From positions 750,475-814,474 of the forward strand of contig CAJINV010000019.1 of NCBI GenBank assembly GCA_905178155.1: a DNA stretch of 64,000 bases, read 5' to 3'. This document shows positions 52,515 to 61,698 of the stretch, one piece after another. Below the pieces are notes generated by a model. It did not search any database, was not told the origin of the DNA, and saw only the letters and a list, made by a program, of their open reading frames with translations. Position 1 is the stretch's first letter, and every line of letters starts with the position of its first letter. The position numbers and the translations under genes were made by a program. Origin of the DNA: Amoebophrya sp. A120. Taxonomy: Eukaryota > Protista > Dinoflagellata.

Positions 52515-52746
52515 GCGGAAAGCCCAGGGGCGAGCGATTTCCTAAAAGAAATTATGCGGAAAGCCCAGGAGAAGGCATTTCCCAAAGGAAATCACGCGGA
52601 AAACCCAGGAGAAGGGATTTCCCAAAGGAAATCACGCGGAAAGCCCAGGAGAAGGGATTTCCCAAAGGAAATCATGCGGAAAGCCCAGGAGAAGGGATTT
52701 CCCAAAGGAAATCATGCGAAAAGCCCAGGAGAAAGGATTTCCCAAA
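52515..52746 (+). repeat. 40-bp tandem repeat (gcggaaagcccaggagaagggatttcccaaaggaaatcac), about 5-6 copies
   Basis: Head-to-tail units with no spacers. Confidence 0.9.
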
Positions 52747-55388
52747 TGTCCCCTTCTGAAGGAAATCTCGAGAAGCCCCGACATCGTGAAGAAGATGATG
52801 GGAAAACGGACTTCTTAAAGAGAAAACGAGGGGCGAATGCGTTCAGGGCACAAAAAAAACGGTCTCCGGGCACAGGCCCCTGCTACGGGGCCTCTCCCTA
52901 CGCTACACTCAGCGACCTCCCGCTACATTCAGAGGCAAAAATCGACCTACAGACCCGCACCTATCCTGGGCAAGCCGCGCCCAGGGTAGCCAGAATACCC
53001 TATGCTAAACACTGCGCGACGGGAAAAACGCCCAGCGTCCTGCACCAAGCCATTCTCTGCGCGAGACCAAAAACACCTCCACAGCCAGCCTGGGACTTAT
53101 GTTGGCACCGCGTGAGCTGTTCCCAGGGTATCCTTAGCCAGAATACACTATGCTAAACACAGCACTGCGGGAAAAAAGACAGTAAGAAAGCGAAAAAAAA
53201 GCGCCGCGCCAAGGACTCGCGGCACGCCCCCAGTACCACCCTAGGGCAACACACGGCGCCTCCCTCGGGTAGCCGGTACCCCATGTGCCACGCGCTGCAG
53301 CCCGGCAAAGGCCCCACAACGAAATCGCTCAGCAACGCCCACACGGCCTAGGACAGCAGGGGGGGCGTACGGCTTGTGGCCTTCGCCGGCGGCGCAGGCA
53401 AGCGGGCCAATGGAATTCGCACGCGCGCGCGGCAGCGCGCGAAGAAGTTTTTTTTTGCGGTTTTGGGAACAGGGCCGCGGGTCCGGAGAAAATTCCGGGC
53501 CGCGCGCGCGTCGCCTTTGCCGTGCCGCGCAAGCAGAGTCAGCACCACCGCGCGCACGCCATGCTGCCCCATCTCCGCCGGGCTAGCAGCAAATCAGAGC
53601 AGGCTCCCCCCACACGCAGAGAAAATAGACGCACCGGGGAAATTGCGCCAGCTCGGTGCGCTTCCGCGTGCACGGTGTGCGAAAGAGATCTTTCAGACCC
53701 TCCCCCCCCCAAGGCGACGAGGCTAGGCTGCGTGCCTGGTACGCGGAAAAAATACCAGGCGCCCTCCAACCACACAAGCACGGACATCAAAGGCCGCTTG
53801 CGCAAAGCGGATTCTGCACGGGCTTGCCCCCCAAAGAAGGAAGCCCAAGGCTGTGTGCGTTGCGCGCGACAACTTTTTTGTCGTCCCCTGCAGCAAGGAG
53901 GCCCCCGCGTGAGCAAAAAACGGGCCAAGAGAAACAAAGAGGGGACGGGCAGCCAGCGCGCGCAGCGCGCGAGAAAAATTTTAGGCGTTCCATATGAATG
54001 GGAGGGGCCGGGCCGCGCGTGCGCCGCACGGAGAAGAAGTTACCCCACAAGGAAGGCGCTGCGCGCGTGGCAAATTCGGGGAGTTGAGTTTGCCGAACCC
54101 CCTTCGCTCATTTCGAAGCCCGCACGGCCTGCGGCTCGGCTGCAAGAACTTCTCTCCGCGCGCGCAGCGCGCGCGGAGATTTTTTTCGCGGCCCTCCCTG
54201 GCTTCCGCTTTTTGCGGGCGCCGGGTCTGGGTTTGCGCCTTTCTTACTTCAACGAGGCATCGCCGCCCGCGTCGGTGCAAAAGCGCAAAACCAAACACAA
54301 CGCAAAACCCACCACCAGGCCTATCTTCATTCCGAGCAAAGCTTCCGATAGCCAGCCCCTTGACTTCGGGATGCGGGACCGGGAGCAACGTCAGCCAGAA
54401 TCCGCCATCCGCCCCCTTCTCGGAATTGAGAAGGGGGCCGATGAATCGCGCAGATTCTTGGTGAAAATAGATCCAAACATCCTGCGGCCTGAAAAGTATC
54501 GTCGCAAGAAATCGACGAAACGCGCACCCGTGCGCCATTACTTTCATACCTGGTTGGAAACCCTTGCACTGGTGCGGGGGCGCAAAAACTGCCCTACTTC
54601 GTGCGCCCCCAACATAATCATCCCGACTAACAAGTGCGGAGGTTGGGACACGCTACAGAAAGTTTGAACGCTAGGGGCGAAATTTGTCACGGTGACTTTC
54701 TCCGATGCCACTTCTCACGAAAAAGAGCGGGACCAGTCCCCACACCGCGCGAGCTGTTGCACGCTCGGACTTTTTTCTTTTGGCTGGACTTTTCTCCTTG
54801 GCAGGACTTTTCCCCTTAACAGCTTTGACTTTTCTCCTTGCGTGATATTTTATTTTTTTTTTCTGGACCCAACATGGAACTGGGACAAAAAAGTTAGTAG
54901 GAGCAGGCAACTTTGTTGTTCTCCTCGCTCCGACCATGATTCCAATCGTGGTGGTCCTGTATCATGTCGCTTCATTTTATCACGTATGATGTGGTCTACA
55001 AATGCTTCACACAATTCCTGATTGACACGACTTGCGATGGATTCACACTTTGCTTTTCATCTTCTTTCGTGCTGTTAGTAGAAAACTCCACATCCGTCCT
55101 ATGCAAACAGGATTCTTTGCAACATGGGCGACATCATGTAGAGCAGAAAAAACATGCTGGGATGCTGAATCAAGAGGAGGAAGCCCAGCAAATACAGCAC
55201 CGTTTTCCCGACTCGTAAGCTCTCTTCGAAGGCCTGGCGGGACATCGGAATCAACCTGTATGATGTTCATGTTGTAAATCATCGTGTAGTTTTTACAACG
55301 CTTCGCCCCCCCCCCGATTCGAACGTCTCTGCTATGGCGAAAGATTCACTTTTACTTAGTAGCACCAATGTTCATGATGATTCTGATC

Positions 55389-57134
55389 CTAGCTGCGAGT
55401 AGATCGATGTTGTTCTACTACCGTACCAACCACATAGACATACCTGATAATCATGTCCCCGTGGTCTTTCGCCATCAGCCTTCCTTCCCTCAGTCCCCGC
55501 CTCCTACTCTCCGCGTTCACCTTTGTTACCGCCGCCGCTTTCTTGGGCATGCCCCAGCCCGGTATTCTGCGCTTGAAGGAAAGCTGCAGGGCGTCGATTT
55601 CCAGCTCGGCAAGACTGTTATCCAGCATCTTAATCTGCATATGAACTGCAAAAGTAACGTCCTAGTATGAATAGCATCACAAATTCCCCCAGCATTTTTA
55701 GAAATGGAATTTGTAATGCTGTTTTACATATAGGAAGAAGATTTGTCATGCATGTTTGCAATTAATAGTACGAGTACGATGTTCATGTTGCCTTTGCAGT
55801 TCATACTGCAGCGGTTTGGAAGAGCCGCTAGAGGACCGCGTGCCCAGCAGCCATTCGGAAACAGAAACCGTGCACAGGTAGTAGACATCGTGCTCGTTCT
55901 GCAGCTCGAATCGCGCGTGATCCTTCTGCGTGATCAGATACACGGTTTTCGGCCGGGCAGAGGAGGCCGCTGCATTGTCGTCGTTCGCAAGCGACTGCGC
56001 GGCGAGCTTCGTGCCCGGCTTAGTGGCCTTGGGGATCGAGATCGTAGAGGCCTGAGAGTGTGTCGTGTTTTGTACATTTCAACATCATCCTCCCGAATGA
56101 CAACGAGCAAAGAACTACAAACAAAGGTAGCACTTAGAGTTACAACTGCCACGTAAAAGATCGCTGCAGTAGATTCCCGCGGCGCGACGTCGACCAGCAG
56201 CACTCTTCTAGTTCTAGGTCGACGATGCATGCACGACAGCAAGATGGAAAAGCAAGGTGGTTCAGGTTCTTCGACGTGGCATAGCAATAGCTGTCAAACA
56301 AACGCAAACTATAAGTACCCCTGCCCTGGTCTCGACCCGTTTCTCGCACCCGGTGTAGAGCTCTTCGAGGGTGCAGGCAACTTTGTAGGTTGCTTGTCTA
56401 TCCCGGCTCTGCTGCTGCGGAAAGCCGAACGCATTTCCGCCGAAGAGCGCGGCGAAGGGATCCACGGCACCGCCGCCGCCCATATTTCCGCCGCCACCTC
56501 CCATCGGGCCGCCAAAGGAGAAGTGTATACCTGGTATAGCATTTTCTCAGCATGATCTTCACGGCCGCACTCAATCATGTCGAGAGAACGTGATCTTGTT
56601 CATACAATCTAAATTTTCACGCTCACCTGCAGAGCGGCGTACTAAAATTATCTTCTTGCCCTCTCCTCCGCACGTAGTGCTCAAGTCTACAAAACAGTTA
56701 CCTCCCGCCCCGCCTGGGCCGCCTCCCATAGTGAATCGCATGCCCCCACCGCCGGGCCCGCCCATGCCGCCGAGGTCGAAATTTTGGCCGAAAAAAGCCC
56801 GGAAAATCTCGTTGGGGTCGATGTCGTGGCCTCCGTGGAAGCCGCCGCCCGGCCCGCCGCCGCCGCCACCCGAGGACATGCGCTTCCAGGCGTCTATGCC
56901 AAGCTGGTCGTACTGTTTTCGCTTCGCCTCATCGGACAGTACTTCGTAGGCCTCCGCCACCTGTTTGAACTTGGCCGTGGCTTGCTCCTGGTTGTCCGGA
57001 TTTTTGTCTGGGTGCCATTTTATCGCCAGTTTTCGGTAGGCCTTCTTGATCTCGTCTGCGGAAGCTTGTTTTGGGACTTCCAGGATGTCGTAGAAGTCCT
57101 GCGAAGATGAAGACGAACTGGAGGAGGAGGACAT
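55389..57134 (-). CDS. DnaJ/Hsp40 class B co-chaperone (multi-exon)
   Basis: J domain ([27 protein letters not shown]), G/F-rich linker, [27 protein letters not shown]. Confidence 0.92.
55640..55805. mobile_element. Introner, family B
   Basis: Ends tatgaactgcaaaag / cctttgcagttcata. DR ctgca. Removal gives SSKPLQIKMLD. Confidence 0.88.
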
Positions 57135-59592
57135 ATTGGTCGTGGCAGGCTGTCGTAGGAGATTGGTCGCGTAAGTCGTCGGTATAATTGGTGCGGAGGC
57201 GGACGGCGCGGAGGGATGATTGAACCAAGCCAAAAGCAAAGCTCAAACAAATGCGCACGACTACTTTGCTGCGGAGCCGGGTCCTTAATATGGCGACAGG
57301 AAATGTTGGGCAGTAGGTAACGAAAGCCGGGTCGCAATTCGTTGCAAACAAGGGACGGAGGTTGGTGATATAGGGTTTAGGGGAAAGAACTACTAGAACA
57401 ATGCGCTATTTTGTCTTCCGATGGGATCGATACTGGTTTGAAGAATGCGGCTGGTGTGATTTATCTGGAGGAGAGCGCCGTAGTCGTATATTCGTTCCCC
57501 GGGAACTACTAAGTACCTTCAAGGCGGCTACCGGATCGTACAGGTGTCAGTGCTGTGCAAGAACGGTATCGCCTTGCGTGAAGGTGGAATGTTATTGTTT
57601 GCAGTGAAGAAGCGTCGCCCGGTTTTGTTTACTAGGGAAGCAAAAGTGCATTGAATTCCGAAAGCCACTTCGCGACGACACTGACAGCGAGCGGCCGAAA
57701 GGAAATTCTACTTCTTCGTCCCACTGCAATGCGAGCAAAACCTTGTTGTGTCAGAATCGCCACGACCGAGCGCCGTGCTGCATGTTGCTGCACATGAACA
57801 ATATTAGAAACTGCAGATGTAGTCGTAGATCTTCGTATATATAATGCAAGCTTTCGCTCCTGTGGAGTAAATGTAAGAGATGGCTATAGCTCCATGAAAA
57901 AATACTTTGAAACCAGACAAAACAAAAATGTAAAAAAATTTTGTGGGCGAAATGGAAATCGCCTTATGTACAACTACTGCAACTACTTCTGACAAAAACT
58001 ACGTGTGTACTTAGTCGGCTGAAACACCGCTATGATGTCAGAGTCTACAAGAATTCGTAGCCAGGCTGAAAGTTGTCACGACAAAGTTCTTCGTATTTAT
58101 GTGACCTCGACTCGAAAAAAGTATACAATCTCACTTCAGGAGTTAGCGACGCAGTGTGACTAGTGCTTGAATTGCTTTCCACACCCGGAGATCATTGATC
58201 CTTTGAATTTTCATGCGGGTCAAATACAAATCAATTTCCTCCGAAAGAAGTCAAAAAGCAAAACGGAGCACTACATTGATGGAACACTGGCGTGTATGAA
58301 AATGTGCATGTGGGGCCATCAAAGCGGATCCTCTAATCCAGAGATCGCGCTTGGTGGATTTTGGATTTATTTTCGAGACACAGCCACAGCGTGACTCTGA
58401 CTCATCTTGGGGGTAGTGCATGAGAAGTTCAAGAACCGCCTTTTTCTTGTCGGTGTCCAGATTTCGTAAAAGCTGTGCAAATAACAGTTCATCATCCCGC
58501 GCTCGCGCCAAAATTATGTACATGTTCTTCCGTTTCGGAAATAACTACGTAGCTAGTAGACGTAGAGGGTTAGAATTTTTATGTATTTTACCGTAGCTCA
58601 AACGAAACAGGACCTTTTCCTTCGCCATGTTCTGGCAGGATATGCGAGGCAGCTGCACCGGTTCTTACTAGCAGTAAGTTCTGGTCGGACCTGAAAAGGA
58701 ATCTTCGTAGGACGCGCCGGCGCGTCGCCCGTCCGTAGGCAACCTACGTGCGGTGTGACGTCGTCGATTCCTCTTTTGCACCGTATCCGTATCTAACCAA
58801 AGCAAACTGAAGCAGAATTTTGTTTCGGGGACATACTTGAAAACGAGAACGACGGGGTGGTAATGCTTATTTCTGGGGTAGGCTGTTCTGTGTAGTACTG
58901 AAACCACGTCCATATTTTGTACGATAATACATTTTATGAAACACGATTCCCGCACCAACATGTAACCCATAAGATAGAAGCGAGCTAAGAAGCTATGGTA
59001 AAACTGAAAATTGTTTTGAAATCATTCTGAAACTGAAAACTTTTTGTAGTATAATTTTTGAAATTCTGTCGTGCCGTCTGATTCTATTCCTGCGTAATTA
59101 ACCTAAACTGATTTAGATTTTGCTATTTTTCCTGTGATAAACTTCTCGGAATTTTTGTGTCTGATTTTCTGATAAACTGAAATTTTAATTCGACGTATCT
59201 TATTTCCCCTGAAGATTCGCTTTAGAAGTTTAATATTGTAACAATACTGCTTTGAAGATGCTATGACGTTACCTTTTTTGAAGATGAAGAAACGATTGCT
59301 ATTTTACATGACAAAGTAGATGCTTTTCGAATAGAGCCCAGAGCGCTGTGGGACGTGCAGTAAGTCAGTGCAACATCCCGATCGTTGAGAATGACAATTG
59401 ATAAAAGACGAAGAGGTGGAATAATGGAAATACGTTAAAGCAAAAGCAATAGAATTTTCATGCAGTATTTGATTTCGTTGTCTACTACAACCATGCAGAG
59501 TCGCCAGCATGCGCCCGAGAGACCGCTACATTTGTTCTTCGTGTAGTTTGGTGCACTTCTGCGACATCAGTTCGTATTTTCCCTTTGTTCCT

Positions 59593-61698
59593 TTACTTCT
59601 TCATCTTCATCAGGCTCTTCATGATTTTCCCGGTGTGGGCGGTGATCAGCTTGGCCTCCTTGTTCTTGCCCGGGCCTCCAAGCGCCGCGGCCTTGAACTC
59701 GGACAGACTGAGCGTACCGTCCTTGTTCACGTCGGCCTTCTTGAAGATCGCCTTCAGGTAGTCGATCTCGGACTTTCCCAGCGCCTTCATTGTCTTCATG
59801 CTGGTCATCTTGTCCGCGATCTCCTTCAGCATCTGCGGCTTCGGCGCCACGGGAGCTGGAGCGGCGGCCATCATCTTAGATTTCATCTTCATCGGGGTCG
59901 GGGCGGCGTATCGCAAGGAAAAATCCCCCCTCCCCATATCGCAACGAAATCTCTGATGCTGGATTTGCGTAGACAAATCAGATCTGTCTTGCAGAAAGTG
60001 CTTGGCGGTATTTTCTAAGCCTGCTCGTTGGGTATAATGCAGAAGGCGAGCAATTGTGCATGGCAAACAGGTTTGCAGTAGTCGAATGCGCATGACGGAC
60101 TTGCTCTGGAAAAATGCGTCAAATAGCTCCCCTTGCATTATATGCATGACAAAGGTGACTTGTGGCCACAAATCAGCATCACAAATATCCGCTTTGATAT
60201 GGGGAGGGGGGATTCTTCATTTTGATACGGCCATCATCTTCATCATCGGCGTCGCCTTCATCACCGGGGCGGGCTTCGGCGCTGCCGCCTTCATCATCTT
60301 CATCATCTTCGCTTTCATCGGGGCCGGCTTCGGGGCGGGAGCCATCTTCTTCATCATCATCTTCATCTTCATCGGCTTCGGCGGGGGAGCGACAACCATC
60401 TATCCACTGCAAATATGTCTGGGTCTGGAAGGTTGGAACTTGGGATGCTAGCTTTCCATACCTCGGAAATCTGTATTGCATAACGAACAAAAGTCGCAGC
60501 CTCTTTTGTACAAGGAAGCAAGCAGCACGCAGTTTCTCATGCGGATTGCCCATGAGAAAGCGTTCTGGAAAGTTGTCATGCTAGATTGCATTCGGAACTG
60601 TTTCCATCATCCACATTTTAGCATCACAAGTTTCCAGACCCAGACATATTTGCATTTGATACCATCGGGGCAGCCATCATCTTCATGGTCATTTTCATCG
60701 GAGTAGGTTTCGGGGCAACCATCATTGCCTTCTTCATCTTCATGGTCATCTGAAGGTGTTTTTTGTACTAGTTGTGTACCGTGGATGTCGAAGTTGATGT
60801 TGATGTGCATGACGAAATCGCATCACAAATTTGGTCAGCATGACGAAATGGAATTTGTAATGCGGATTTTCCTTAAGAGAGAGATTTGTAATGCATGGCT
60901 GCAATCGAAGTATTATCTATACCTTCATGGGCTTCTTCATTTTCATGGCCATGGCCATCTTCTTGCGCATGGGCGGCTTGTAGGGAGCCAGCGCCGCGAA
61001 GGCCGCCTTCTCGTCAATCATTTTGGGAGCCGCCGCCATCATCTTCATCGGACTCGGTGCCTTCACCATCACCGGAGACTTGGCCTTCATCGGGGTCGCA
61101 GCCATCATTTTCATCTTCATCGGCTTGGGAGTGGCCATCTTCATCTTCATCGGGGGCCGGTAGGCCGGGAGAGCAGCGAACGCAGCAGCCTCGTCGATCT
61201 CCGAAAGCTCGTCCTGGTGTTAAGGTTTGGATTTTCAACATTCCGCTATCTAAAATGCTGGTCTTGGATCTACTTTGCATGAGGTATATTGTGTTGCAGA
61301 ACAACAATCTAGACTTCTTTTCTCTTTCTGTAAATGCAAATGCACGTCTCCTTGTCCTAGTCCTGTCACGCGCTATCGATTGAACCATTATGTGAAGATC
61401 AAGGTGAACAAACCAAAATCAATACCACAAACTCAATATCTACCGGCTCGTCCGCAATGGAACGGCGGGGAGAGGGGGACTTCCTGGGCGACTTCATCGG
61501 CGACTTGGACTTGGCCATGGGCTTGCGCAGCGACGGCAGGGCCGGCATCTTCGGCAGCTTCGGGAGGCGCACATACTTGGAGAGGCGGAACTTCAGCCAC
61601 GTCTTCTTCGGGACGTACTCCACCGGCTCTTGCGCCTCGTCCGGGTAGACCAAGTTGAAGGTCATGTCGTAGCACCCAAGCTCGTATTTGTCGAACAT
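59593..61698 (-). CDS. Met/Lys/Pro/Ala-rich basic repeat protein with C-terminal EF-hand
   Basis: Exons joined via GT-AG introns 61214-61443 and 60750-60922 and introners 60401 and 59909. PMKMKMM repeats. EF-hand IFKKADVNKDGTLSLSEF. Confidence 0.8.
59909..60227. mobile_element. Introner, family E
   Basis: TIR tatcgcaaggaaaaatcccccctccccatatc / gatatggggaggggggattcttcattttgata. Flanks cggcg/cggcc. Confidence 0.9.
60401..60661. mobile_element. Introner, family A
   Basis: TIR tatccactgcaaatatgtctgggtctggaa / ttccagacccagacatatttgcatttgata. DR ccatc. Interior similar to 19761-20006. Confidence 0.92.
60750..60922 (-). other. Canonical GT-AG intron containing a family B introner core
   Basis: Donor AAG|gtatag and acceptor ttcag|ATG keep the frame. 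Interior aligns by eye with 4898-4972. Confidence 0.7.

Larger units (their letters stand above)
51886..54870. mobile_element. Putative non-autonomous DNA transposon / repeat island with subterminal GACTTTTCTCCTT(T)G repeats at both ends
   Basis: Motif in both orientations at about 51908-51959 and 52225-52340 and again at about 54767-54840. gggtc...gaccc outer ends. GC-rich interior. No TSD or transposase recognised. Confidence 0.45.

Noticed and set aside
52515-52746. CRISPR array
   Set aside because: The 40-bp units are head-to-tail with no unique spacers, the context is eukaryotic, and there are no cas genes.
53285-54667. 460-aa plus-strand ORF as a transposase or real gene
   Set aside because: Arg/Ala/Pro-rich translation typical of GC-rich non-coding DNA, with no DDE, RT or other motif recognised. 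Not excluded without RNA data.
58251-58523. Short minus-strand ORF as a gene fragment
   Set aside because: Protein-like but only 90 aa, with no identifiable family or exon partners.
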